DNA of 64,000 bases from Gammaproteobacteria bacterium (GCA_031441585.1 JANMWZ010000149.1:22688-86687); one strand, 5' to 3'. Counted from the first letter of the stretch, positions 30,401-40,291 are shown. Notes: generated from the letters alone by a model not told the origin. Made by a program: numbers and translations.

Positions 30401-30881
30401 GCGCGCGCTCGAGCACGCGGCGCGCGGCCGCCACGTACAGCGCTGTCGCCGGTACTGCCACCTGCCATTGCAGCCCGGCGCGTGCGGCCACGGGCAGCTG
30501 ACTGGCAAGGCTCTGGCAGAAAGCATCGATGGTCTGGATGCGCAGCCGCGCAGGATTTTCCAGCAAACCCCAGCTGCCGTCACGATCGCGCCGCAGCGCC
30601 GCCGCGGCCAGTGGCGCCTCCAGTGCACGTCCCGGCAGACCGGCCGCGGCCTGTTGCAGGGCGTGCATGACGCGTTCGCGCATTTCAGCAGCCGCTTTAC
30701 GCGTAAAGGTAATCGCCAGCACTTCCTCGGGTGCATTGGCTTGCGCCAGCAGCGCCAGCAAACGACAGGTCAGCACGGTGGTCTTGCCCGACCCGGCTGG
30801 GGCCTGCATCAGGAACGAACGCGTGATGTCCAACGCTGCGGTACGCGCGAGCTGATCCTGCGATTCCAGATCAGCACTCAT
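27498..30881 (-). CDS. addA: AddA-type UvrD/Rep-family helicase with C-terminal PD-(D/E)XK nuclease
   Basis: Walker A APAGSGKTTVL, DEFQDT helicase motif II, and C-terminal IIDRLIVDEHGDRWIVDYKT nuclease motif. The start at Met 30881 is preferred over 30932. Confidence 0.8.
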   Translation of the reverse strand: MSADLESQDQLARTAALDITRSFLMQAPAGSGKTTVLTCRLLALLAQANAPEEVLAITFTRKAAAEMRERVMHALQQAAAGLPGRALEAPLAAAALRRDRDGSWGLLENPARLRIQTIDAFCQSLASQLPVAARAGLQWQVAVPATALYVAAARRVLERALIEEELREPAQLLFARLDNNWQRLEALLAEMLEERAHWLPRVLGVDQPDLAARVSESLRNLIHDQLRQAVALIPGALRVQGAEFSQHAAAKLLAAGDPNARLPDWESAAATLGVDCQHLPYWQFMCELALTKEGQWRRSWTKKQGIATEDKRLKPGLQGWVAALAEVAGVQELLIELLALPEPTIPPEDAAALAALSALLRHAAAELQLEFAQQGQVDFAAVAAAARSALTENGAPTDLALRCGAGIRHLLIDEFQDTSFEQFELLRALIAGWEAGDGCTLFAVGDPMQSIYQFREAEVGLFLRARDQGIGALALGMLQLRRNFRSAPEVIAWVNEHCAAIFPVADDPRLAAIRYLPALSAITDRHGFVSLHAFGSNDAHLEAARIVQIVRAARERQADATVAVLVAARRHAAPIAAALQSAGIAVRGVKLEALRERPVVRDLCALARALQHPADRTAWLALLHGPCCGLSLSELQQLCEDQPESVLELMSSETHTLRLEPQARARLARVRAALVPVLAGAERSLPLWQRVDHAWLRLGGPAACREERDLADAQAFLQSLSQQRDAEWLAGDAFDHFAAALYASAPAAPGAVEILTLHGAKGLEWDVLIVPGLARAANSDRDPLLHWLELPAPGGGTELLLAPINDAAQPRERSVAAYIRHVRSQRLRLERARLLYVAATRAKQELHWLGAAMPDAKGELRPRGGSALALLWPVIGAQFAAQLAAASVKSDPAESGPASASSATLTPATLTPPSAHAQRLSADWRPTGLPAAVRVRQLDLSLREPGAIPEYSWVGLAARAVGTIVHAELQRLAGLAVLPAQPEGAGDDYLVWLAELGVARPERAAARDRIVNALARTLNDERGRWLLHGAREAHSELRLTGRHEGRVINIIIDRLIVDEHGDRWIVDYKTSTHQGGDLDGFLAAEVQRYRPQLQRYAELAGQSGAGRLRAALYFPLLGEFREIELGQ

Positions 30882-33540
30882 CGTCAACTCCGGGCGGCTC
30901 CACCGCCGTCTCCTCCAGTGCGAGATGCTCACTCTCGATCCGGCACAGTCCGGCCAGATGACAACGCTCGCAGGCTTTGGGCCGCGGCGCTACCGCCGCC
31001 GCCCCTGCCGAAAAGTCGCGTGCCAGACCCTCGACAATACGCCGCGCGTACGGCAACAGCTCTGACCAGGGCGGTGCCGATCCGCGCCGCGTGCTCAAGC
31101 CGGGGAAAATTGCCGCGTCGGCGGCGGCACCGCGCCAGTGAATTCCGCTGCTACGCAAATGGACGGCGGCGATACCGGCCAGCGGCGCGCCGATCAACAG
31201 AGTGTAGATCAGCAGCTGCACCTGCTCCGGTCGCGGCCCGTCGGTAGCAAGCTTTTGTGGCACTCCACTCTTGTAATCAATGACAGTGAGTCGATCATCG
31301 CCCAGGCGATCAACGCGATCCATCCTGACCCGAATCGGCACGCCGGCCAGTTGGTGCGCGCGCGAGACTTCCAGCTCCTCGATCGTGAAATCGGCGCGGG
31401 CTTTTTCCGCTTCGAGCAGGGCCGCGATCAAAGCGGTGCTACGCGCGTGTTCATTGCTGAGCAATATCGGCGACAGCGGCGTCACGCGTCGCGCCAGGAT
31501 CTCGCCCAGGGCCTGAGCGCTCGCCCGGCGGGCCAGCTCCAGCAGCACGCCGCCTTCGCTGGCGCGTAGCGCGAGTGAACCCCGGAGCTGCCGCCAGATG
31601 AGTTCGAGTGCCCGGTGCAGCGCACGCCCGCGCTCGCGCAGGTCCAGTCCTGGGAGCGGCTCGCGCAGCGGCGCCGCCCCCAGGCGCAGCTCTGCGGTAG
31701 CACGAAATGGACAGGCGGCCTGCAGATCCAGGGCCTGCGTGCCGCGCGGCAAGGTGCGCTCAGGAGGCCAGATCAATCCCTGCTCTGGCGGACGCGCTTC
31801 GAGCCGGGCGCTGGCGCGCAAGGCGGCAACCAATGGATCAGGGTGCCGTTGCGGCAGCTCTTTCCTGCTCCCTGACTCCAGAGCGATCGGCAGCCGTAAC
31901 AGGCTGCTGGCCTGCAAATTGACATCGTCGTCGCTACCCGGCCAGCTGAACACCAGCGTTTGCGCGCGCTGGCGCCAGGCCGCCAGCGCGCGCTGCGCGT
32001 TGTCTAGTTGACCTGCGGCACTCGCCGTGCGCATCTGCGCCGCGCGTTGCACATGGATCGGTATAAACGGGTCGGCCCGCGCGGGCGCCGGCCACTGCTC
32101 AGCGTTCAAACCCGTGACCCAGATGCCATCGTAGTGCACCAACGGATCGCCGAGCGACGCGCTAAGGGTCACCGCCGCATCGTCCGTGGCCGGCTCATAA
32201 GCGGTACGCGCTGTTAGCGTGCGCAGCAACTCGAGCGCGGCCGTCGCACTCATCGGGCCGCCAGCAGATCCCAGCGTCGCAAACTCTCCGAGCAGGACCT
32301 CGAAGCGTTCGCGCTGTTGCTGTTCGCCGCTACCCAGAGCCTGAGCGCCTGGCCAGCCCCACAGCTCGAGCTGCGCGGCGAACAACGGGGCCCAGGCGCC
32401 TGCCTCCTCGTGGCGCAGCGCAGCGTGCCGCACTGTGGTCAGCACGGTGTCGAGCGCTGCCGCCATAGGTTCAGACCACGCGGCACCAGCGGCGCGCGCC
32501 AGCGCCGGCAGCTGCGCCAGGTTGCAGGCGGTGACCTGTCGATCTCGCAAGACCAACTCGAGTGCGGCGCGCGCCGCGCGCGTTCCACAACGCAGGAAAT
32601 CGCCGCGCAAAAGTGTGGCCAGTTCCGCAAACTGCACCGCTCCGCAGCCCAGAGCCAACAGCCCCAGCCCGGCGCTCACCAGCGGATAGTCGCTGAGCGG
32701 CACGCCGCCCTCGATGGCGAAGCGCGTGCGCAGCACGCTGCCCTCACAGGTCTCAATGCCATTGAGTTCGTGATCGAAGGTCTGCGTGGCGATGGCACGA
32801 TACTGAGCCAGCCGCGGCACGATAATCAGCACGCGTGCCGAGCTGTCACGTTCAAGCAGGGTTCGGCTCCAGTGCGCCGCGCGGCGCAACTCGTCGAGCC
32901 GGTCGGCGGCACTGACAACCTCATCGGCGTTGCTGGCGTTGCTGGCGTTGCTGGCAACTCCAGGATCAATGATTGCGCCCAGATCCTGCAGTCGCCGCCT
33001 GAGCGTCGCGCCCATCTCATCAAATCCGGCGAACAGCAGCGGCGTCGCCGTCGCGGACCGGTCACGCAGCAGCGGGAGCCAATCGTCGGGCGACACTGCG
33101 GCCTGCTCCCGGTAGTGACGCGCCATGATGGCACTGGCGCGTTCGAACAACGCGCTCTCGCTGCTGATCGTCCCTGGCCATCGCAACGAGCCATCACGCA
33201 CCCGCGAGCTCGATTCACGCAGTGCGTCGGCGAGCGTGGCCGGCATCAGCATGCCGGTATTCTCGCCAGCCTCAATGGCCGCAGCACGCCACGCGAGCCA
33301 TTCTTCGGCAGCGCCAAGCCTGCGCAGGCCCCGCAGCGCGCCGTGTCGTGCCAGGGTTGCGATGCGTTCCAGCCACGCGGACCATGGCAACACATCGCAC
33401 GAGGGCCAATGATTCAGGCCGGCCGACAGTTGCGCCTGCACGTGCGCCAGGCGAATAGCCGTTGCCCGCTGGCGGCTGGGTACGACTACCGTACCACCGT
33501 GTTTCAATACCTCGGATATTTGAGTATTATTTTTAAACAA
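30871..33540 (-). CDS. addB: AddB-like PD-(D/E)XK nuclease subunit with an iron-staple cysteine cluster
   Basis: C-terminal RMDRVDRL...VIDYKSG nuclease motif. Also CERCHLAGLC (CX2CX5C) plus the upstream Cys in ACPFRA. The gene lies immediately upstream of addA with an 11-nt overlap. Confidence 0.7.
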   Translation of the reverse strand: MFKNNTQISEVLKHGGTVVVPSRQRATAIRLAHVQAQLSAGLNHWPSCDVLPWSAWLERIATLARHGALRGLRRLGAAEEWLAWRAAAIEAGENTGMLMPATLADALRESSSRVRDGSLRWPGTISSESALFERASAIMARHYREQAAVSPDDWLPLLRDRSATATPLLFAGFDEMGATLRRRLQDLGAIIDPGVASNASNASNADEVVSAADRLDELRRAAHWSRTLLERDSSARVLIIVPRLAQYRAIATQTFDHELNGIETCEGSVLRTRFAIEGGVPLSDYPLVSAGLGLLALGCGAVQFAELATLLRGDFLRCGTRAARAALELVLRDRQVTACNLAQLPALARAAGAAWSEPMAAALDTVLTTVRHAALRHEEAGAWAPLFAAQLELWGWPGAQALGSGEQQQRERFEVLLGEFATLGSAGGPMSATAALELLRTLTARTAYEPATDDAAVTLSASLGDPLVHYDGIWVTGLNAEQWPAPARADPFIPIHVQRAAQMRTASAAGQLDNAQRALAAWRQRAQTLVFSWPGSDDDVNLQASSLLRLPIALESGSRKELPQRHPDPLVAALRASARLEARPPEQGLIWPPERTLPRGTQALDLQAACPFRATAELRLGAAPLREPLPGLDLRERGRALHRALELIWRQLRGSLALRASEGGVLLELARRASAQALGEILARRVTPLSPILLSNEHARSTALIAALLEAEKARADFTIEELEVSRAHQLAGVPIRVRMDRVDRLGDDRLTVIDYKSGVPQKLATDGPRPEQVQLLIYTLLIGAPLAGIAAVHLRSSGIHWRGAAADAAIFPGLSTRRGSAPPWSELLPYARRIVEGLARDFSAGAAAVAPRPKACERCHLAGLCRIESEHLALEETAVEPPGVDDEC
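32926..32952. repeat. Three tandem 9-bp units inside addB
   Basis: ggcgttgct x3 encodes (SNA)3 on the minus strand. Confidence 0.9.
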
Positions 33541-33567
33541 TTCAGATAGTTATGGTAGTTATCTGAA
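33541..33567 (-). terminator. AT-rich hairpin between the alaA stop and the addB start
   Basis: ttcagata-N11-tatctgaa gives 8-bp arms. The stem is weak and there is no clear U-tract. Confidence 0.25.
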
Positions 33568-33570
33568 GTA

Positions 33571-34878
33571 TTATCGAAATCGGTCTCCGGCGTTTTGCAC
33601 CGCAGGTCTGAGTTCGGACCTGCCACTAGCCGGCGCCGCGCCGCGCGCCGCGATGCTGCTCAGCTGCTCTTCGATACGCCTGAACACCACGCGCAAGGTC
33701 GCCGCATCGGGCAGCGTCGTCACGCGAAAATAATTTGTATACGGCACATTGAAACTCACGCCCGGCGCCACCAGCACATGCCTCTGTTCCAGCAATTCCA
33801 GCGCGAATTGCTGATCATCAAACTGCGGCAAAGTGGCGTGATCAACACCCACGAAGGCGTACATGGCGCCAGCGGGAGGTGCCAGGTGCAGATAGCTGCT
33901 GGCGCTCACCATTTCTAAAATGGCGCGCCGCGATTCATACAAACGGCCGCCGGGTATGACCAGTTCGCAGATGCTCTGATAGCCGCCCAGGGCAGTCTGC
34001 ACCGCCCACTGCCCTGGCACGTTGGCGCACAAACGCAATGAGCTTAGCAGTTCGAGCGCCGCCAGATACTCGCCCGCTGCTTGCGTGCGCCCTGAAAATG
34101 AAGCCCAACCCACACGATACCCGCAGGCGCGATACACCTTGGACAGGCCCGACAGCGTCGCACACAAGGTGCCCTGCACCAGCGTCGCCATGGGCACGAA
34201 CTCAGCGCCGTCGTAGAGCATCTGATCGTAAATCTCATCGCTGAATACGACCAGCTGGTGCTGCTCGGCCAGGCGCGCCAGCGCCTCGAGGGTCTTGCGT
34301 GGCCATACCGCACCGGTAGGATTGTTCGGATTGATCACCACCAGCGCCCGGGTGCGCCGGGTGATCAACGCTGCCACTTCGGCAGGATCGGGTAGAAACG
34401 CGTTTTCCGGCCGGCAGGCGTAATGCACGGCACGACCACGATTGAGATTCACGGCAGCCGTCCACAACGGGTAGTCGGGGCTGGGCACCAGCACTTCATC
34501 GCCATCGTTCAAGAGCGCCCGCAGCACCAGATCGATCAGCTCGCTGACCCCATTGCCAATGAACACGGCTTCGGCACTCACGCCGGTGACACCGCGCGCC
34601 TGCTGCTGCATGACCACCGCTTCGCGCGCCGGAAAAATGCCCTTCTGGTGGCAGTAGCCTTCCGCTTCAGCAAGATTTTCGACCAACGCCAGGCGCATGC
34701 TCTCCGGGGTACGAAATCCGAACAGGCCGGGGTTGCCGATATTGAGTGAGATAATCTCGTAACCCTGGCGCTGGAGTTCGTGGGCGCGGTGCGCCAGCCG
34801 GCCACGGATTTCGTAGCGCACATTTTTCAGCGATTCGCTGGGAACAATGGCATGCTGATCGTTCATGGCAGGGCTCAA
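33571..34878 (-). CDS. alaA: Glutamate-pyruvate (alanine) aminotransferase, AlaA type
   Basis: LNIGNPGLFGF, NGVSELI, PDYPLWTAAV, INPNNPTGAV and SGLSKVYRACGYRVGW are collinear with E. coli AlaA. An alternative start is at 34866. Confidence 0.85.
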   Translation of the reverse strand: MSPAMNDQHAIVPSESLKNVRYEIRGRLAHRAHELQRQGYEIISLNIGNPGLFGFRTPESMRLALVENLAEAEGYCHQKGIFPAREAVVMQQQARGVTGVSAEAVFIGNGVSELIDLVLRALLNDGDEVLVPSPDYPLWTAAVNLNRGRAVHYACRPENAFLPDPAEVAALITRRTRALVVINPNNPTGAVWPRKTLEALARLAEQHQLVVFSDEIYDQMLYDGAEFVPMATLVQGTLCATLSGLSKVYRACGYRVGWASFSGRTQAAGEYLAALELLSSLRLCANVPGQWAVQTALGGYQSICELVIPGGRLYESRRAILEMVSASSYLHLAPPAGAMYAFVGVDHATLPQFDDQQFALELLEQRHVLVAPGVSFNVPYTNYFRVTTLPDAATLRVVFRRIEEQLSSIAARGAAPASGRSELRPAVQNAGDRFR

Positions 34879-34950
34879 GCATACCTGCCGGCGCCGTTGG
34901 CTGCATTGGCTCCCTTCACAACATCGGTACCTAAACGTATAGTCAAGTCT

Positions 34951-35700
34951 ATGAGAACATTACTGGTTGGCGTCAAACGGGTTCCCGATTACAACGTGCG
35001 CATGCGCCTGCGCCCTGACGGTGCACTGGCCATGGAGGGCATGAAGCTCGCCCTCAATCCCTTCGATGAAATAGCGCTCGAAGAGGCACTGCGTCTGCGC
35101 GAACGCGGGCTGGCCGACGAAGTGGTGGTAGTTACCATCGCCCCTGCCGATGCCCAGGCGCAACTGCGCACGGCACTCGCCATGGGCGCCACCCGCGCCA
35201 TCCACATCGTCCACGCCGAGTCGGTCGAGCCACTCGATGTCGCGCGCCTGTTGCTGGCGCTGGTGCAGCGCGAGCAGCCGCTGGCGGTGTTGCTCGGTAA
35301 GCAGGCGGTTGACGAAGACCACAGCCAGACCGGACAGATGCTGGCTGCGCTATGGAATCGACCGCAGGCTACCTTTGCCTCGCAGATCACATTCAATGGT
35401 GAGACCGCACGTGTCAGCCGCGAAGTCGACGCCGGTACCGAGGTGCTGGATGTCGATCTGCCCGCGGTATTCACCACTGATCTGCGGCTCAATCAGCCGC
35501 GCTATATTAAACTGCCGGATATCATGAAGGCCAAGCAGAAACCCCTGCAGACCACCACGCCCGCCGAGCTGGGCGTAACGGTGCGCCAGCGATTGAAATC
35601 CGTGGCCTACACGGCGCCGGCAGCACGCAGCAAGGGGCGCCTGGTCGCCAATGCCGCTGAGCTGGTGAAAGAACTGCGTCAGCGCGGAGTGCTGCGATGA
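34951..35700 (+). CDS. etfB: Electron transfer flavoprotein beta subunit
   Basis: MRTLLVGVKRVPDY...LNPFDEIALEEALRLRE. Confidence 0.9.
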   Translation: MRTLLVGVKRVPDYNVRMRLRPDGALAMEGMKLALNPFDEIALEEALRLRERGLADEVVVVTIAPADAQAQLRTALAMGATRAIHIVHAESVEPLDVARLLLALVQREQPLAVLLGKQAVDEDHSQTGQMLAALWNRPQATFASQITFNGETARVSREVDAGTEVLDVDLPAVFTTDLRLNQPRYIKLPDIMKAKQKPLQTTTPAELGVTVRQRLKSVAYTAPAARSKGRLVANAAELVKELRQRGVLR

Positions 35701-36641
35701 GCGCGGTACTGATCATTGCCGAGCACAACGGCGCTGAGCTCAATTCCGCTACCGCACGCTGCGTGACCTGCGCCACCAGCCTGCCCGGTGCCAAAATTAC
35801 CGTCGCGGTATTTGCCGCCAACGCCTCAGTGGCGCAGCAGGCCGCGGCGATTCAGGGTGTGAATGAGGTGCTGTCGATCTGTCACGATAGCAATGCCCAT
35901 GCCCTGGCGGCGACGCTGGCGCCGCAGATCGTGGCTCTGGCCGCCCCTTACGAACTGCTGCTCGCCGCTGCCACCACTTTCGGCAAGGACCTGATGCCGC
36001 GGGTAGCGGCCTTACTGGATGCCCCACAGGTGAGTGATATCTGCGCCATTGAAACCTCGCGCCGCTTTCGCCGCCCGATTTTCGCGGGCAATATCATTGC
36101 CACCGTCGATGCCGGCAGCGAGGCCAAAGTGGTGGGCACGGTTCGGGCCGCCTCGTATCAGGCCGCTGCGGCCGGCGGCAGTGCGCCCGTGCGCGATGTC
36201 GCCCGGCCTGAGGTACCACTGCCCACGCACACCCGGTTCATTGAACTGTCCGCGCCCAAGTCTGATCGCCCCGACCTGCAGAGCGCGGCGCGGGTGGTCT
36301 CCGGTGGTCGAGGATTTGGCTCGGCCGAGAACTTCCAGCTGCTCTACCGTCTGGCCGACAAGCTTGGTGCCGCCGTCGGCGCCTCGCGCGCGGCTGTTGA
36401 CGCCGGGTTCGCACCCAACGAGATGCAGGTGGGCCAGACCGGCAAGATTGTCGCTCCTGAGCTCTATGTGGCGGTGGGCATATCGGGCGCTATCCAGCAC
36501 CTGACCGGCATCAAAGACGCTCGCACGATTGTCGCCATCAACAAGGATGCCGAAGCGCCGATCTTTGAAGTCGCCGACCTGGGCCTGGTCGGCGACCTGT
36601 TCAAGATACTGCCGGAGATCGAGGCCGCGCTCGGCGGCTGA
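35697..36641 (+). CDS. etfA: Electron transfer flavoprotein alpha subunit
   Basis: [37 protein letters not shown] is the FAD-binding signature. Confidence 0.9.
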   Translation: MSAVLIIAEHNGAELNSATARCVTCATSLPGAKITVAVFAANASVAQQAAAIQGVNEVLSICHDSNAHALAATLAPQIVALAAPYELLLAAATTFGKDLMPRVAALLDAPQVSDICAIETSRRFRRPIFAGNIIATVDAGSEAKVVGTVRAASYQAAAAGGSAPVRDVARPEVPLPTHTRFIELSAPKSDRPDLQSAARVVSGGRGFGSAENFQLLYRLADKLGAAVGASRAAVDAGFAPNEMQVGQTGKIVAPELYVAVGISGAIQHLTGIKDARTIVAINKDAEAPIFEVADLGLVGDLFKILPEIEAALGG

Positions 36642-36652
36642 CTTGCTGCGCC

Positions 36653-37135
36653 CTACAATTGACCGAGTAGGAATTCCGCAGCCGATACCTTGAATTCGCC
36701 CGGGGCTTCAACATTGACCTGGGTGGCAACGCCGTTATCGACCACAATCGCAAAGCGCTGTCCGCGTTTGCCCATGCCGAATCCCGTGGCATCCAGCTCC
36801 AGACCCAGGGCCCGTGAGTATTCGCCGTTGCCATCAGCCAGCATGCTGATCTGATCGCCAACGCCTGCGCTCTTGCCCCAGGCGTTCATGACAAACACAT
36901 CGTTGACCGCCATGCAGGCGATGGTATCGATGCCCTTGGCGCGCATGGCCGTGGCCTGCGTGACGAAGCCAGGCAGGTGCTTGGCATTGCAGGTAGGGGT
37001 AAAGGCCCCTGGCACCGAGACCAGCACCACGCGCTTGCCATCGAACAGCTGCGCGGTGGTGAGATCCTGGGGCCCACTCTCGCCCATGATCTTGAATTTT
37101 CCCGCGGGCATGCGCTCGCCGGCCTTGATCGTCAT
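36653..37135 (-). CDS. Peroxiredoxin (Prx5-like)
   Basis: VPGAFTPTC peroxidatic Cys motif. 160 aa from the ATG at 37135. Confidence 0.9.
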   Translation of the reverse strand: MTIKAGERMPAGKFKIMGESGPQDLTTAQLFDGKRVVLVSVPGAFTPTCNAKHLPGFVTQATAMRAKGIDTIACMAVNDVFVMNAWGKSAGVGDQISMLADGNGEYSRALGLELDATGFGMGKRGQRFAIVVDNGVATQVNVEAPGEFKVSAAEFLLGQL

Positions 37136-37191
37136 GACTATTTCTCCCTGATAAACCGAATCGACGGCTGCGGTCTGACTATCATGCGGGT

Positions 37192-38409
37192 TCAGCTGCG
37201 GGCATCCAGCGCCCACAACCTGGCCAGCCGTGCGTACTTCAGATCGGTCGTCACCTTGTTGAAGGCTTTAATCGCCTCAGCATGGTTCTTGGCGCGCTCA
37301 TAGGCGATGCCCAACAGCAGGTAGGATTCATCAGGATATTTGAGCTTGCCCTTGGCGATACCGGCATTAATGGCAGCCAGGGCCTTATCGGGCTGACCAT
37401 ATCCGAGGTAGGCACCACCCACTTGCACGTAAGCGTCGCCGGTCGGTGCCGAAGCGGCCTCTTTTTCATTGCGAGGCAGGCTGGCGCGATCATCCAGCGC
37501 CCTCTTTTTCGCGGCATCAAGCAGGCGCTGATTACTTTCCTTGTCGCGCTGCTCGGTGTACAGATTCTTGGCGAAGGCCTGTTCCAAGACGGCCTGCGCT
37601 TCGCCAGGATTACCCTGGTCAAGCGCAATCTGCGCCATGTCGCGATAGTCACTACCGCGCTTGAGTATGCCCACTTCGTTCATGAGTCTATAGGTCATGA
37701 GCTGAATGCGATCATCGAAACTGCGATCCTGCAAAATCGAAGCCATGGCGTTCTGCCAGTAATCGGGCTTCGGGTAATGCAGAATCAGTTTTTCTATGGT
37801 CTTGGCTGCTGTGGCATCATCTTTGAGCTTGATGGCGCAGCTCCAGATGACATTTAAACCCTTTTCCGAGGGCTTGCGCCCGGCCTGTTCGTCATGGGCA
37901 ACGATAGCCTCCATACCAACCATCGCCTCCTTGTACTTGCCCAGCAGGTAGTTGGCCTGAGCAACCGTCAGGGCGATATCTTCGCTGCCCTCGCCCGCAG
38001 CGCGAGCCCGTTCGCCATATTGAATCGCCTTCTCATAAGACTTCTGCTGATAGGAGTAGCTCATCAGGTATTTGAGAATCTGCGCTTTGCTGGCAGCGGG
38101 CAGATAGGAGGAGTCGACCACCCGCTCCATGGCGTTGACGGTTTCAGCGGTGTTGCCCTGGGCACCATAGGCCGCCATCAATAAGGAATTGATGACGTAG
38201 ATATCGTAGGCTGACTTTGAGGGCACCCCATCGGCTTCCTTGGCTTTGGCGATGCACTCGCCATAGTTCTTGGCCTGGCGCGCCTCGTCGGCCGCCTTGA
38301 GCAATTTGGCTACGCCACGAGTGACCTGGGGTTGCTCATCGGCCCAGGTGTTGGCGCCGAGGACAGCACCACCCAAAAATAACGCAGCGATCAATGCGAC
38401 GCGACTCAT
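37192..38409 (-). CDS. Secreted tetratricopeptide-repeat protein
   Basis: Signal peptide MSRVALIAALFLGGAVLGANTWA followed by multiple TPR-like A/Y/L-rich repeats. It is the last gene of the ton cluster. Confidence 0.7.
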   Translation of the reverse strand: MSRVALIAALFLGGAVLGANTWADEQPQVTRGVAKLLKAADEARQAKNYGECIAKAKEADGVPSKSAYDIYVINSLLMAAYGAQGNTAETVNAMERVVDSSYLPAASKAQILKYLMSYSYQQKSYEKAIQYGERARAAGEGSEDIALTVAQANYLLGKYKEAMVGMEAIVAHDEQAGRKPSEKGLNVIWSCAIKLKDDATAAKTIEKLILHYPKPDYWQNAMASILQDRSFDDRIQLMTYRLMNEVGILKRGSDYRDMAQIALDQGNPGEAQAVLEQAFAKNLYTEQRDKESNQRLLDAAKKRALDDRASLPRNEKEAASAPTGDAYVQVGGAYLGYGQPDKALAAINAGIAKGKLKYPDESYLLLGIAYERAKNHAEAIKAFNKVTTDLKYARLARLWALDARS

Positions 38410-38550
38410 GCTCATCCTCTCGCCAGGCTTTGGCCTTGTTGGCAAATTTGAGTGGCGACCCGCACCTAAGGTTCCTTATGGGGGTCGTGCTGACAAAAAC
38501 CGTTAATCAGTCAGCTAGCTGGTAAGACCGGTAGCTGACTTCCAGGATAC

Positions 38551-38985
38551 TTATTGGGAAAACTCGGTGGTATTCACGAAGCCGATTTTTTCCATGTGAT
38601 TGCGTTGTGCCGCCGCGAGCACCTTGGCGGTGGTGTCGTAATGCGAGCGTTTGTCGGGGCGCAGGTGAATCTCGGGCTGCTCTTCACCACTCGATTGTAC
38701 CTGGGTCCACTCGGAACGAAAATACCCGTCAAGCTGATCCAGGTCGGCCTTGTTGCCGTTCCAGTAAATGCTGTCGTCAAAATCGACCACCAGGTCAATG
38801 GTTTTCGGCACCGTCTCCGGCGGCGGTGCATTGGTCGGCGGCGGCATATTCAGCTTCACCGCATGGGTCTGCACCGGCAGGGTCATGATGATGGTAATCA
38901 GCAGCACCAGCATCACGTCGATCAGCGGCGTGGTGTTGATGTCACACATCACGTTCTGCTTGTCACCACCTACACTCATCGACAT
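38551..38985 (-). CDS. exbD: ExbD/TolR family biopolymer transporter (copy 2)
   Basis: INTTPLIDVMLVLLITIIMT motif. 144 aa. Confidence 0.85.
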   Translation of the reverse strand: MSMSVGGDKQNVMCDINTTPLIDVMLVLLITIIMTLPVQTHAVKLNMPPPTNAPPPETVPKTIDLVVDFDDSIYWNGNKADLDQLDGYFRSEWTQVQSSGEEQPEIHLRPDKRSHYDTTAKVLAAAQRNHMEKIGFVNTTEFSQ

Positions 38986-39022
38986 AGCTGCTTAACTCCG
39001 CCTGCTAGACCTGAAAGAGCGC

Positions 39023-39460
39023 TCAGCGCGCCATGCCGCGATCGGCCTCGGTAATAAACCCTATCTTCATGATGCCGCCACGCTGAATGCCATACAGGGT
39101 GCGCCCGATCGCGTCATAGCGCACTCCCCTATCGCCACGGATATGCACTTCGGGCTGCGGCACCTTGACGGCTTCGACCAGCACCCGGCTGATCAGGGCA
39201 TCACGATCACGCACCAGTGCGCCATTCCAGTAGGTATTGCCGTCAAGATCCACCGAGATCGTGATGTTTTCCGGCTTGGTGACGGTCGGAATATTAGTCG
39301 CTTTCGGCAGCACCACCTTGATGTTCTTGGTGAGGATCGGAATCGTGATCAGAAAGATGATCAGCAGCACCAGCATGATATCGACCAAGGGCGTGGTGTT
39401 GATCTCCGACATGACGCCGAATTCCTCATCGCCATCAGACGTCCCTACATTCATTGACAT
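39023..39460 (-). CDS. exbD: ExbD/TolR family biopolymer transporter (copy 1)
   Basis: INTTPLVDIMLVLLIIFLIT motif. 145 aa. Confidence 0.85.
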   Translation of the reverse strand: MSMNVGTSDGDEEFGVMSEINTTPLVDIMLVLLIIFLITIPILTKNIKVVLPKATNIPTVTKPENITISVDLDGNTYWNGALVRDRDALISRVLVEAVKVPQPEVHIRGDRGVRYDAIGRTLYGIQRGGIMKIGFITEADRGMAR

Positions 39461-39502
39461 GGCTTTTACCTGGCGGCTAGTGAACGATTGAGCAGTGCCC
39501 TA

Positions 39503-40219
39503 TCACTTGCGAGCAGCGGCTGTCGGGGCAGCTTCGCCCACGCGCGCACCGCCCACCAGGTAGGCGTGCATGTCGCTGGAGAAATTGCGCACGCCGTCCT
39601 GCAGCACCTTGTTTCGGCGCAGCAGCCAGTTGTAACCCAACACGGCTGGCACGGCGACGAACAGGCCAATGGCGGTCATGATCAGGGCCTCGCCTACCGG
39701 GCCGGCGATCTTGTCGATGCTCACCTGACCGGCGACGCCAATGGCGATCAGCGCGTTGAGGATGCCCATGACGGTGCCGAACAGGCCGACGAACGGCGCG
39801 GTTGAGCCGACCGTGGCCAGAAATGCCAGGCCATTCGAGAGCCGGCCGTTCACCGCCTCGGTGGCGCGCTGCAGCGCCATGGTGATCCACTCATGCAGGT
39901 CGATGCGATCGGTGAGACGCCCCTCGTGGTGGGACACCGCCCGCAGGCCGTCCTCGGCAATGTAGCGAAAGTCGTCACCTTTCTTCAGGCGCTCAACACC
40001 GTCTTTGATTGAGGGTGCCGTCCAGAATTGCTTCTCGACGATCAGGGCCGACTTTCTCATAGCCCGTTGATCCCACAACTTGATGAGAATAATGAACCAC
40101 GAGCCCAGCGACATGATCACCAGAACGATCAGCGTGCCGCGCGAAATAGCGTTGCCATGTTCCCACAGGCCAGCAAGGCCATATGGGTTTTCGGTGGTAG
40201 GGACGACTGGGCTATCCAT
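39503..40219 (-). CDS. exbB: MotA/TolQ/ExbB proton channel protein
   Basis: LATVGSTAPFVGLFGTVMGI signature and three TM segments. Confidence 0.9.
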   Translation of the reverse strand: MDSPVVPTTENPYGLAGLWEHGNAISRGTLIVLVIMSLGSWFIILIKLWDQRAMRKSALIVEKQFWTAPSIKDGVERLKKGDDFRYIAEDGLRAVSHHEGRLTDRIDLHEWITMALQRATEAVNGRLSNGLAFLATVGSTAPFVGLFGTVMGILNALIAIGVAGQVSIDKIAGPVGEALIMTAIGLFVAVPAVLGYNWLLRRNKVLQDGVRNFSSDMHAYLVGGARVGEAAPTAAARK

Positions 40220-40291
40220 GTTAATTCCTCGTTAGCTGAATCCGGCCTGCAGACCGTATTGGGTTTATCTGAAAAACTATGAAACCAGAAA

